Source of the DNA: a virus
Taxonomy: Duplodnaviria; Caudoviricetes
Virus record (IMG/VR): IMGVR_UViG_3300028797_000007
Location: 1-64,000 of that record
Length of the DNA stretch: 64,000 nucleotides
Direction: 5' to 3' (one strand)
Each line of letters opens with the position of its first letter. Position 1 is the first letter of the stretch. The notes beneath the pieces were generated by a model, which ran no database searches, was not told where the DNA came from, and saw only the letters and a program-made list of their open reading frames with translations. Below, one piece after another: positions 1 to 10,989 of this stretch. Position numbers and translations under genes: made by a program.

Positions 1-63
1 GAAGCAACTCCAGCACAACAAGATTTAGTTGAAGCAGCTTTAGCAGAACTTAAAGAATTATAA
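1..63 (+). CDS. 3' end of upstream gene (partial), probably an AAA/Sak4-like ATPase (SPbeta YorG position)
   Basis: Frame 1 is open, EATPAQQDLVEAALAELKEL-TAA; product inferred only from synteny with the downstream replication module. Confidence 0.4.
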   Translation, partial: EATPAQQDLVEAALAELKEL

Positions 64-64
64 G

Positions 65-559
65 ATGGCGAATAAAAAGGTCATATGTAAGTATTGTGGT
101 GAGGCATTCGACAGAGAGCGTGAAGAGTGGACAAAAGTTTCCACTCGATACGCCCATAAGTCATGTTACGAAAAAGCACAATCAGAAGCTGCGGATTTGC
201 GCAAGGTGACCGATTTGATAAAAAGTCTATATTATCCTAAAGAACCTGATTGGGGAATTATTGGTTCTCAATTAAAAAGGTATAAAGATGAAGGTAAGAC
301 TTATATAGGTATGTATTATACATTAACATACTTTTTTGTCATAAAAGGAAATGATATACATAAGAGTGCTGGCGTAGGAATAATTCCTTATGCATATGAT
401 AAGGCACGTGCATATTATAAGAACATGGATAATACATATACAAAAACAGCCGAAATAAATAAGAGAGATAAAATAGATGTTAAGCAAACGGAAGACATCG
501 TAACAATAGTTCATCATAAGCCTACAAAAAAATTAATAGGTTTTACTTATGAAGAATAA
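65..559 (+). CDS. Conserved phage replication-module protein with N-terminal Zn motif (YorH-like)
   Basis: CxxC...HxxC at the N-terminus, GVGIIPY motif, directly upstream of the helicase. Confidence 0.6.
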   Translation: MANKKVICKYCGEAFDREREEWTKVSTRYAHKSCYEKAQSEAADLRKVTDLIKSLYYPKEPDWGIIGSQLKRYKDEGKTYIGMYYTLTYFFVIKGNDIHKSAGVGIIPYAYDKARAYYKNMDNTYTKTAEINKRDKIDVKQTEDIVTIVHHKPTKKLIGFTYEE

Positions 560-574
560 GAAAGGAGGATTACC

Positions 575-2149
575 GTGTATAATTCTCACGCAATAGAAAA
601 AGTATTAACTGGGTTATATTTAGATAATGATTTAATCATATCTAATGAATACCCCCTAAGGTTAGAAGACTTTGTTGAGAAGAAGTACCAAGCAATTTAT
701 ACTGCTTTATACAATTTATATGTATTAGGTAATAACCATATAGATATAAATGATATAGTAGCGTACTTTAGAGAACAACAAGGTATGTATGAAAAGTTTA
801 TAGCCGATGGAGGTATGGACATATTATATCAAATATGTGCTGATGAAAACCCTACAAACTTTGATTATAATTATTCTCTTATGAAGAAACAAAGTCTATT
901 GAGAGATTTTATTAAGTTGGGTATAGATGTGTCTGATTTATATGATAAAAACCTATCTCCCGAAGATTTTGAAAAACAAATGGCAAAGTTCAATGCGTTA
1001 GATATAGATGATATATTTAAGCATTATGAAGCGAAGATAAATAACTTACAAAACAAATATCAAAACTTAATAGAGAAAAGTTGTATTCATGTAGCTGACG
1101 GTATAGAAGAGCTATATAAAGAATTACAAACGGTACCAGAAGTTGGTCTTCCTTTAGAAGGAGAAATATATAATACCGTAACCAGAGGTGCACGTCTTAA
1201 AAAGTTATATATTGATTCTGGTTCATCAGGAACTGGTAAATCAAGACGTATGGCAGGTAATGCTGCACATTTAGCTATCCCTATGTTTTATAATGAAGAA
1301 ACATGTGAATGGGAAAACACTGGTATAGAAAACAAAGTATTATATATCACAACTGAGTTAGAGCATGCAGAAGTGCAAACATTAATTATAGCATATATCT
1401 CGGGAGTAAATGAGGATAAGATACTTAATAACAAGTATACACAAGAAGAGAGAGAAAGAGTAGAATTGGCTATACAATATATCCAACAATATGATAATAT
1501 AATTATCGAGTTTCTACCAAACCCAAGTATTGCTACAATTCAAACAACTATTAAGAAGCATGTTTTGCAAGAGGATGTAGAATATGTGTTCTATGATTAT
1601 ATCCACATTACTTCAGGTTTAACTGAAGGAAGAGATAAGAACACTCGTGACGATGTAATCTTGATGTTAGTGTCAGATACATTAAAGAATTTAGCAAATG
1701 AGTTAAATGTTCACATATCTACAGCAACACAATTGAATGGAGACTATGAAGATAAAGAAGTAAAAAATCAAAACTTAATTAGAGGTTCTAAAGCAATAGC
1801 GGATAAAGCAGACATAGGTGCTATTACATTACCACTTAATAATGCTGAGCAAGAATTAGGTCAAGCTTTAGCATTAAAATTAGGAACTTTAGAACCAAAC
1901 TTTATAACTGATATATATAAAAACCGTCGTGGTAAATGGACAGGTATCCGTATATGGAGAAACATAGATTTAGGTACTTGTAGAACCATAGATTGTTTCG
2001 TAACTGACCGAAAGAATGAACCTATAGATTTTAACAGCACAAGAGTTCAAATTAAGCAAGCTGGTAAAATTGGGGGATTTGTAGTTACAGAAAATAAAGC
2101 AGACCCTTATGTAAATTTCGGTGAAGAAGTAAGGGTAGAAGAAGAGTAG
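575..2149 (+). CDS. dnaB: Replicative DnaB-like helicase
   Basis: GTG start after AGGAGG; Walker A SGSSGTGKS, YITTE, FYDYI, TATQLN, IRGSKAIADKAD, KNRRG. Confidence 0.92.
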   Translation: MYNSHAIEKVLTGLYLDNDLIISNEYPLRLEDFVEKKYQAIYTALYNLYVLGNNHIDINDIVAYFREQQGMYEKFIADGGMDILYQICADENPTNFDYNYSLMKKQSLLRDFIKLGIDVSDLYDKNLSPEDFEKQMAKFNALDIDDIFKHYEAKINNLQNKYQNLIEKSCIHVADGIEELYKELQTVPEVGLPLEGEIYNTVTRGARLKKLYIDSGSSGTGKSRRMAGNAAHLAIPMFYNEETCEWENTGIENKVLYITTELEHAEVQTLIIAYISGVNEDKILNNKYTQEERERVELAIQYIQQYDNIIIEFLPNPSIATIQTTIKKHVLQEDVEYVFYDYIHITSGLTEGRDKNTRDDVILMLVSDTLKNLANELNVHISTATQLNGDYEDKEVKNQNLIRGSKAIADKADIGAITLPLNNAEQELGQALALKLGTLEPNFITDIYKNRRGKWTGIRIWRNIDLGTCRTIDCFVTDRKNEPIDFNSTRVQIKQAGKIGGFVVTENKADPYVNFGEEVRVEEE

Positions 2150-2150
2150 T

Positions 2151-3293
2151 ATGCATGCAGGCGATATTTTAATTTCTAAACTAAATTCTTCAGACATTCT
2201 ACGTCTTATGGAGAAATTGGGTATCCCTGAAACTATGGTAAGATATGGGAATGATTGTTTAATCTTCCCTACCATTTGCCATAATGAATTAGTTTCTAAC
2301 CCATCTCATAAATTGTATTATTACGAGTCAAGTAAAAGGTTTTATTGCTATACAAATTGTAAAGCAATGAGTGTATATGATGTTATCATAAATAGTTATA
2401 AAGCAAGAGGAACAAAGATAACTTGGTCACAAGCATATGTTATTTTAGACTCCGTAGTTGAGGATAGAATGAAACATGGTTTTGCAGTTATTGAGCCCCC
2501 TGCTGAACATAAAGTTAAGAAGATAACAGAAGATTGGCCTGACCAATTAACAGTTTACAATCCACATGTTTTGGAATGTTTTACCCAACAACCCAAATAT
2601 TTGGCTCCATGGCTTGAAGAAGGCATTGATTATGATGTATTAAAAGAGTTTGGTGTTAGATTTGATATGGTTCGTAATAGAATAGTATTCCCAGTCATTG
2701 ACCATCTTGGTAGATTGGTTGGAATAAAAGTTAGAAACTTTAATCAAAAAGACTTAGAAGAACACAGAAAGTATATGCCATTATGGCATAACAAGGAGCT
2801 GTATAATTACCCTAAGATGATGGTAGCTTTTGGTTATTATCAAAATAGACAAGTAATTAAAAAAGCAAAAGAAGTTATAGTATATGAGGCAGAAAAATCA
2901 GTGTTAAAGCACGGGTCATATTTTACTCAAAATAAATCTATAGCCATTGGTGGAAGTTCTTTTAGTGAATATCATGGGGATATATTAAAGAAAGCAGGAG
3001 TTACTAAAGTTGTATTAGCATTAGATAACGACTGAGATGATGATGGTAATAAAGAGTATGGACTTAATAAGATGATTAATGAAGGTTACAAAGTTTTAGA
3101 TATGGGTTTTGATGTTGAATTGATATATGATTGAGATGGAGATTTACTGGGGAATAAAGATGCACCGATTGATAGAGGGCGTCAAATATATTCTAAACTT
3201 TATAGAGAAAGAAAGAATATTCTAGAGTTCCCAAGAGAAGTAAATAGCAAGGAGGACACCGGTGAAATACCAGTTACGAACGAAGAACTATAA
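2151..3293 (+). CDS. DNA primase (380 aa; TGA=Trp at 3033 and 3132)
   Basis: Zn-binding TICH...CYTNC, TOPRIM YEAEKS and ALDND; readthrough recovers C-terminal KDAPIDRG and ends at TAA 3291-3293. Confidence 0.9.
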
Positions 3294-5007
3294 CAACGAG
3301 ACTCCGGAACTAGCTCTAAATGATTTATTATATGACAGAGGTATAGAAAATCCTGTTGAGTGATTATATCCTAAAGAGGAATGTGAATACACTCCATTTA
3401 GATTTGCAAATATGAAGAAAGCGGTGGATATTTTACACACGGTGTTAAAAAGTCCAGAGTCAAGTATATTGGTCGTTGTAGATAGCGACTTAGATGGTTA
3501 TACGAGTGGAGCTATTATTTTAAGTTTATTAAATCAAACAAGTCATGGTCAAGATGTGAATTATGTTTTACATCCAGGGAAAGAACATGGAATTGATTTA
3601 AGAGATATACCAGATAGCACAGATTTAATAATTGTGCCAGATGCTGGTAGTTCTCAAAAAGAGGAACATTTAAAGTTATTAGAGAATGGAACAAAAATAA
3701 TTATATTAGACCACCATGAAATAGATAATGATTTTAACTATGGTCAATATGAAGATAATATAGCGATAGTAAGTAGTCAATTGGATTATCCTAATCCAGC
3801 ACTATCGGGAGCAGGAGTTGCATTAAAGTTTGTTCAAGCATATGCTCAAACATATGGAGTTCCTATTAGTAAAAAATTATATGCCTTAGCAGCTTGTGGT
3901 ATAGTTGCTGATGTAATGGATGTATCCGCCCTTGAAAATAAACGAATTATTGATGAGGGTATATCTTATATAGAAGAACATCCTTTCCTTATGGAATTAA
4001 TTAAAAAGGCACATTACAATATGGAAAATCCTAAACCTTCGATTAAAGATATAGGTTGAGTTATAGGCCCTAATATAAACTCTATAATTAGATTAGGAAC
4101 ACAGGCTCAAAAGCATATAATCTTTAAAGCATTGGTAACCCCAAATAATTTAACTTTTAGTAGTAAAAGGGGATGCGAGGATGAAGAAGTACCAATGTGA
4201 GAAGAGGCAATTCGCCTTTGTGAAAATGCAAAGAAAAGACAGACTACAGCAATAAATAAAAGCATTAAGATAATAGAAAGTGAACTAGAAGACGATGGTC
4301 ATAATTCAATAGTATTTGTTGATGAGAACCAAGATTTAACATTTGAATTATCAGGGTTAATCGCAAACAAATTATTAAGTGAAACAAATAAACCAGTTAT
4401 CTTATTACGCAAGTTTACTGACAATAAAGGCGTAGACCAATATAGAGGTAGCGTAAGAGGAAAAGCTGCTGAAGGGTTAGAAAATCTTAAGGAAGCTATC
4501 AAAGGTTTAACTGGAGTGGAAATGGCCGAAGGTCATGCATTCGCTTTTGGTATAGGAATAGATAGAGAGTCATTCCCATCATTCAAAATGCACCTAGATT
4601 CAGTGCTAGATGAAATAGACTTTAATACTAATTTATATTTGGTAGATTTAATAGCAAATTATAAAGAGGTACAAGTAAAAATAGCAGAGATATTTGCTGC
4701 TGATGATGTATGGTCTCATGGGGTAGATAAGCCATTGGCAATATTAACTGATATCCCTACTGATAATTATGAATTAATGGGTACAGATGGGCAGCATCTA
4801 AAAATAAATTGTGGACAATATGATATGGTTTTATTTAACGCCCCTGAATTAACACAAAGGTTAGAAGCAGGAGAAAAGTATAACTTAAATGTTGTAGGCG
4901 AATTTGATATAGATAAAGCATATAATGTGGGTAGATTACAATTTATAGTTAAAGATTATGAATTAACAGAGCATACAACTCAAACTATTTGGGATTATGC
5001 TTTTTAG
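3262..5007 (+). CDS. recJ: RecJ-like DHH ssDNA exonuclease (581 aa; TGA=Trp at 3361, 4057, 4198)
   Basis: GTG start after GGAGG; DSDLDG, PDAG, LDHH, LSGAGV, VAD, DIG(W)VIGPNINSIIRLG, GSVRG, EGHAFAFG; joins track ORFs 3412-4059 and 4516-5007 in one frame. Confidence 0.92.
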
Positions 5008-5015
5008 GAGGAAAC

Positions 5016-5321
5016 ATGCAAAAGTTTAAGAACTGGCTTATAGATGCCTTATTGAAAAAAGACAAACTTGTAGCAGTGCCTACGTCTTGGCAAACCGAAT
5101 ATGTTAAGTTAGCAGGCAATGCCGTAAGAAGCAAAGAAACTATCGCTACATTAATAACTGAATATAATAAAGTATTAAAAGACTTTTTTGATAAATGTAG
5201 TGTAAAAGAATTACAAGAAACTTTAGCAGATGGTGAAGTTAAATTTAAGACTAATATGTCTAAACAAGAGCTATCTGATTTAGCATACAAAGAGTTCAGA
5301 ATGACTATAGAAAGAGATTAG
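5016..5321 (+). CDS. Hypothetical protein
   Basis: AGGAGG RBS then ATG at 5016; TAG stop. Confidence 0.75.
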   Translation: MQKFKNWLIDALLKKDKLVAVPTSWQTEYVKLAGNAVRSKETIATLITEYNKVLKDFFDKCSVKELQETLADGEVKFKTNMSKQELSDLAYKEFRMTIERD

Positions 5322-5338
5322 TCTTTCTGAACTTTTTT
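5293..5338 (+). terminator. Intrinsic terminator-like hairpin
   Basis: AGTTCAGAA / TTCTGAACT with inner GACTA / TAGTC, followed by a T-run. Confidence 0.55.
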
Positions 5339-5341
5339 CTA

Positions 5342-5371
5342 TTGACAGGAAATGTCAAAAAATGATATAAT
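5342..5371 (+). promoter_or_regulatory. Sigma-A-like promoter
   Basis: TTGACA-N18-TATAAT with extended -10 TG; the -35 is one arm of TTGACA-N5-TGTCAA. Confidence 0.8.
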
Positions 5372-5401
5372 TATTATATAAAGAAGTATAAGGAGGAAAA
5401 T

Positions 5402-5773
5402 ATGTCAAGAGAAACAAAAAAATTCTATAGACCTGGTACTTTGCCAGAAAAGGGAACAAAAATTTCTTTAAAAACTCAGCCTTATATAAATGGGGTAGTA
5501 TTTGATATCAACGACCCGATTTCTTCATTTCATAAACTACTAATGAGTATGAAGGTTATTGTCGACGAGTATGAAATGCTACGTAATGTACCTGGTATAA
5601 ATGAAGCGGTACCTAGTGCTCTTAATTTACAATCAGGTATAACTGGTCAAGTAAAATTGCTATTAGATTACTTAAGCCAAAGCCCAATAGAGGTCGTCCT
5701 AAAAGAACAAAAAATTGATGAAGGCGTCCTAACGGATTTAGCATCCATAGGAGTTATAGATGAACGAAATTAG
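5402..5773 (+). CDS. Hypothetical protein
   Basis: AGGAGG RBS, 123 aa, TAG stop. Confidence 0.75.
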   Translation: MSRETKKFYRPGTLPEKGTKISLKTQPYINGVVFDINDPISSFHKLLMSMKVIVDEYEMLRNVPGINEAVPSALNLQSGITGQVKLLLDYLSQSPIEVVLKEQKIDEGVLTDLASIGVIDERN

Positions 5774-6002
5774 TAAACAATATAATGAATTATTAGATGC
5801 AGGGGCTTCCATTACTGAGTTATATGTTTATCACCTAATTGTTAATGACGAACGCAGTTTCGGGATGAGCGAAAAAGAAATGTTAGATATGGTAAGAGAA
5901 GCAATAGATAAAAGATATAGCTCTTCTGAAGGCATAGAATTTATCGTAGATAGCTTACTTAATGGCGATGAGCTTGATGGAGATGAAGACTTATGGTATT
6001 AA
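5760..6002 (+). CDS. Hypothetical acidic protein
   Basis: AGGAG RBS; overlaps neighbouring genes as in an operon. Confidence 0.7.
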   Translation: MNEISKQYNELLDAGASITELYVYHLIVNDERSFGMSEKEMLDMVREAIDKRYSSSEGIEFIVDSLLNGDELDGDEDLWY

Positions 6003-6451
6003 GAAAAATAACAATAGAAAACTTTTTAACACAAGAAGTTATATTTACTAAAACTATTCGTGGAGAATTTAATTGTATTGTAGAACCACATCAATTAGAA
6101 GGAGGAATCACACTACAAATTAATTTGTTTCGTGACCATCCCCAAATACACGAGTTCATAGAGAAGGCTTTAGAAAAGAAGGTTTTAAATAAACAACATA
6201 CTAAAGTTCGCACTGGTAGCGGAGTTTTAAGACTTACTTTTAACGATGATAAAAAGATGATGATTAATTCTGCTAACATGACAACAATAGATATAACCGA
6301 ATATAATTTTAATCCAAAAGATTTTGCTATTAAAGATTTTGAAAAAGGTAAGGTAGCTATATTTATAGATTTTACTTTTGATAAAGAAGTAGACAATCTT
6401 AAAGCCAAACAAGATGTTAAAGAGTTATTTATGGAGGTAAATGAATGTTAG
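5993..6451 (+). CDS. Hypothetical protein
   Basis: GGAG RBS, 152 aa, coupled to neighbours. Confidence 0.7.
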   Translation: MVLRKITIENFLTQEVIFTKTIRGEFNCIVEPHQLEGGITLQINLFRDHPQIHEFIEKALEKKVLNKQHTKVRTGSGVLRLTFNDDKKMMINSANMTTIDITEYNFNPKDFAIKDFEKGKVAIFIDFTFDKEVDNLKAKQDVKELFMEVNEC

Positions 6452-6690
6452 AAGATATCACTAGATTACAAGACCAAGTTGGTGTTTTAGTAAATTGGGT
6501 AGCTGAAATGAAAACATTAGTTCAGAATCCATATTCAGCAGGATTAAATATACCTAAAGTATTAGAAGACTTGGGAGGATATGCAGCAGATTTAACTAAA
6601 GCTGTATACGAATTAGAAAAAAGAGCAAATGAAGAATTAAGACCAGAGGCAGAAAGCTCTGAAACAAATTCTGATAGCGTAGAACAATAA
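6445..6690 (+). CDS. Hypothetical coiled-coil protein
   Basis: GGAGGT RBS, 81 aa. Confidence 0.7.
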   Translation: MLEDITRLQDQVGVLVNWVAEMKTLVQNPYSAGLNIPKVLEDLGGYAADLTKAVYELEKRANEELRPEAESSETNSDSVEQ

Positions 6691-6716
6691 AATACTTTTT
6701 TAATATAAATATATTA
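6675..6716 (+). repeat. Conserved intergenic element, copy 1
   Basis: TAGCGTA-N7-AAAATACT-TTTTTAATATAAATATATTA; the 20-mer is identical to 17659-17678. Confidence 0.6.
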
Positions 6717-6814
6717 TTAAAATATTTAACCAAGCGCATTTAGCTTTTTAAAAAGTAAATTGAACTTTTTAAAGTTTAATAAAAAAAAATATTTTTTAAA
6801 GAAAGGACAAACCA

Positions 6815-7090
6815 ATGAAATATTTAGTCACATGGGCATGGGAGATGGATGGACATGCTGGAGCATCAGCTGTAGTATGCGATTCTCTTAATGCTGTAAA
6901 GAAATATATGGAAGAATGTCTTAAAGATGATGAGGGAAAACCTATGGGTAAATTCACTCAATCTAGAACGACAGATTATGGATATGAATATTTTGGCGAA
7001 TGGGAATGTGGAGAGATAGCTCTATCTGTTCGCAAATTTAAAAACTATACCGAAATGAAAAACAAAGAAGTTTTTGCAAGAACTGGATAG
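6815..7090 (+). CDS. Hypothetical protein
   Basis: AAAGGA RBS, 91 aa, TAG stop. Confidence 0.7.
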   Translation: MKYLVTWAWEMDGHAGASAVVCDSLNAVKKYMEECLKDDEGKPMGKFTQSRTTDYGYEYFGEWECGEIALSVRKFKNYTEMKNKEVFARTG

Positions 7091-7119
7091 TTGACAAAAA
7101 AGATATTGTATTATACAAT
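7091..7119 (+). promoter_or_regulatory. Sigma-A-like promoter for DNA polymerase
   Basis: TTGACA-N17-TACAAT; the -10 lies within the palindrome ATATTGTA-TTA-TACAATAT. Confidence 0.75.
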
Positions 7120-7138
7120 ATTTGTATAGGAGGAAGAT

Positions 7139-10100
7139 ATGAGCTATACAAGTTTGCACAATCATACTGAATATAGTAACTTAAGATTGCTAGATTGTAT
7201 TAACAAAGTTGAAGACTTAATTAAACGTGCTTACGAGCTTGGGTTAAATGGTGTAGCAATAACAGACCATGAAGCCCTTTCGGCTCATATCAAAGCACTT
7301 AAGTTTTATAACCAACAATGTAAAGATAACGAGCAATGGAAGAACTTCAAACTTATCCTAGGCAACGAAATATATTTATGTCGTGATGGATTAAGTGCGG
7401 AGACTTATCAAAAAGGGGAAAAGTTTCCCCACTTTATTTTATTAGCAAAAGATGCTGAAGGTCATAAGCAATTAAGAGAATTGTCCACAAGGGCATGGTC
7501 TCATTCGTTTACTATGTTTATGACAAGAGTTCCAACTTATTATAAGGATATAGAAGAAGTTGTTAAAGCAAATCCTGGGCATATAATAGCTAGTTCCGCT
7601 TGTATAGGTGGTTGATTAGGTATATGTAAAATGAATGGAATGGAAGAAGAGGCTCGTCGTTTTATAAAATGGTGTAAAGAAATCTTTGGTGAAGATTTTT
7701 ATTTAGAACTTCAACCTGCTCGTTATCAAGAACAAATAGATTATAATAAGTGGTTATTATTTTTGGCAAAAGATACTGATACAAAATGTATTGTAACAAC
7801 CGATAGCCATTATTTAAAAGCAGAAGATAGAGAAGTTCATTCGTCTTTCTTAAATAGTAAAGACGGGGATAGAGAAACAGCAGAGTTCTATCAATATACT
7901 TATATGATGTCTGCTGATGAAATAAGAGAACTTACTAATGATTATATCTCCGAAGAAACCTTACAGTGGTTATTTGATAATACAAACGAAATTAACAACA
8001 AGATAGAACAATATGATTTAGCTCAACCACAAATCGTCCCACATTTAAGTGATGATAGAGATAGACATCCTGAATGGAAAGTAATTTATCCTCAAATTAA
8101 AATAAGGAATAAGTTTGAATATATTAACAAATATTATAATTCCGAATCAGAGGATGACCGTTATCTTATTTATTTAGGGTTAATGAAATTAACCTATATG
8201 GACTTAACTCCTGAAAAGAGAGAAAAATATCTTGAGCGATTAGAAACTGAATTAACTGAATGCTGGTTAGTATCTGAAAGATTAGGTCAACCGATTAGTT
8301 CATATTTATTAATGGTTCGTAATATCATACAAATAATGTGGGATAAAGCTGAAAGTTTAGTTGGTATATCTCGTGGTTCAGCAGGAGTTATGTTAATTAA
8401 CTATTTAATAGGCGTAACACAAATGAACCCATTAGAGCAAGGTATATATTTACCTCATTGGCGTTTCTTGGAAAGAAATAAAATTGAGTTACCAGATATA
8501 GATGTAGACTCAGAAGGTCGTCGCAGACCAGTAGTTCTTGAAAAGATTAAAGAAGCAGCACGAGCAGATGGTGGAGATAGTACTTGTGTATGTACATTTG
8601 GTACATTAGGTACAAGAAGTGCCATCTTAACAGCAGCGCGTGGTTTAGGTATCGATGTCGATGTTGCCCAATATTTAGCAACAATGATACCTCAAGAAAG
8701 AGGTTTCTTATGACCACTTAAAGATTGTATTGAAGGTAATCCTGAAAAAGACAGAAAACCTATAAAACAATTAATAGAAGAATTTAATAGATACCCTGGT
8801 TTTTTAGAAATGACAAGAGCTATCGAAGGATTGGTATGTCAAATGGGTATCCATGCATGTGGGCTAGTTGTATTTAATGTCCCAGTATATACATATAATG
8901 CAATGATGAAAGCACCAAATGGAACTGAGGTAACCCAATTCGATTTAGGTGATACTGAATATATGGGCGGTTTAAAAATGGACTGTCTTTCAGTTGAAGC
9001 ATTAGACAAAATACATACAACATTAGATTTATTATTAGCAGATAACTTAATTGAATGGCAAGGAGATTTAAAATCAACTTATGATAAATATCTTCACCCC
9101 GACATTCTTGAAAGAAATGCACATGAAATGTGGGAAAAGATTTGGAAAAATGAAATTATAGATATATTCCAAATGGACTCAACTGTTGGTAAGCAAAGTT
9201 TATCTTTGATTAAACCTGAAAGTATTCCTCAAATGGCAGCGGTTAACTCGTTGATGAGATTAATACCAGAAAAAGGTGCAAAGACACCAACAGAAGAATA
9301 TGTAATGTATAAGCAGCATCCAGAGTTGATTAAAAAAGAAATTGACAACCTAAATGCCACTGATAAAGAAAAAGAAATCTTATATAATTTTATGAAAGAC
9401 TATACAGGAGTTCTTGAAAGTCAAGAAAGTGCGATGTTAGCTGTAATGATACCAGAATTCACGGCATATGATGTACCGCATGCAAACAAGATTAGAAAAA
9501 TCATTGCAAAAAAGAAAATGAAAGAAATCGCATCTGCTAGAGAAGAATATTTTAAGACGGGAGCTGAGCGAGGAGTTAGTGAGGATATCCTTAAATATAT
9601 ATGGGATGTCCAAATCAAACGTCAGTTAGGTTATTCATTTAGTATTCCACATACAACAGCGTATTCTTTAATAGCTTTGCAAGAAATGAACTTAAATTAT
9701 CGTTATCACCCAATTTACTGGGCAACTGCTTGTTTAACTGTCAATAGTGGAGGAGCAGACGAAGAATCTGGTGGTACAACTAACTATGGTAAATTAAGTT
9801 CAGCAATTGGAAGGATTAAAAAGCAAGGTATTGAAGTCAGTTTGCCTGATATTAACAAAGCAAAGTTTGGTTTTACTCCAGACCAAGAAAATAATAGAAT
9901 TATTTATGGTCTTAAAGGTATAAGCGAAGTTGGTGATGATATAACTAATAAGATTATAGCAAACAGACCTTATACATCATTTGACGATTTTATGGCAAAA
10001 GTAGAACCAAGCAAAATTCAAGCAATAGCTTTAATCAAAGCAGGATGTTTTGATGAACTAGAAAATGAAAAAAGTAGAAAAGAATTACTTTATCAATATC

Positions 10101-10981
10101 TTAATAATTTAATCCCACCAAAAAATAAATTAACGTTAGCAAATGTCAATGGGTTAATTAATTATGATATATTGCCAAAAAACAAATCAAAATTTGTCTA
10201 TCTTTTCAATTTTAATAAGTATTTAAAACTTAATAAAAAAGATGAAAAGTATTATATAGATGAAAGGGCTTATGAGTATTTCAGTAAAAATTTTGATGTG
10301 TCATTATTAGATACAGATAAAAAAGGCACGTTTATCTATATAAAAACTTGGGATAATTTATATAAAGAAAAAATGATGGAACTTAAAGAATATATAATGA
10401 AAAACCAAGAAAAATTGATAGATAAATTACACGAAGCGGAGATTGGTGAAGTATGAGAACAATATTGTTCTGGTAGTATGTCAAAATGGGAAATGGATAC
10501 GCTAGGTTTTTATTATCACGAACACGATTTGTTAAATACTAGACACCCTGAATTTAAGTTTGTAGATTTTGATAAAGAGAGTAGTATCCCTATTCCTGCT
10601 GAATATAAAGAATATAAAGGGCATAAAATACCTGTATTTGAATTAAAGAGTATTTTAGGTACGGTATTAGATAAAAATAGTTATAAACATACAATTACAT
10701 TATTAACCCCTACAGGAGTTGTAAATGTAAAATGTGTAGGAGAACAATATAGTAAATATGATAAGCAATTATCACAGCTTAACCCTGAGACAGGCAAAAA
10801 AGAAGTAATAGAACGTTCTTGGTTTAAACGAGGAACTAATTTAATCGTTAATGGGTACAGAAGTGCTGACCAATTTATGGCTAGAAATAGACAAAGTGAA
10901 AATAAATTTGCTTTTTATAAGATTTTAGATGTAGATGATGTCGGTACACTAAACATAACTCGTTATAGAGCTGATGATTAG
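7139..10981 (+). CDS. dnaE: DNA polymerase III alpha subunit, family C (1280 aa; TGA=Trp at 7613, 8711, 10454)
   Basis: PHP motifs LHNHTEYS, AITDH, TTDSHY; SRGSAG, LPDIDVD, GIHACG, LKMDCL, GYSFSIPH; C-terminal OB fold; four track ORFs are in one frame separated only by single TGAs. Confidence 0.95.
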
Positions 10982-10989
10982 GAGAAATT

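Noticed and set aside
6704-6711. T4-type late promoter TATAAATA (also near 17666)
   Set aside because: Expected often in AT-rich DNA and the phage is not T4-like; only the longer repeat containing it is reported
7139-10981. Split DnaE, intron or intein
   Set aside because: Fragments join seamlessly with ordinary polymerase sequence in the gaps; no intein motifs or homing endonuclease
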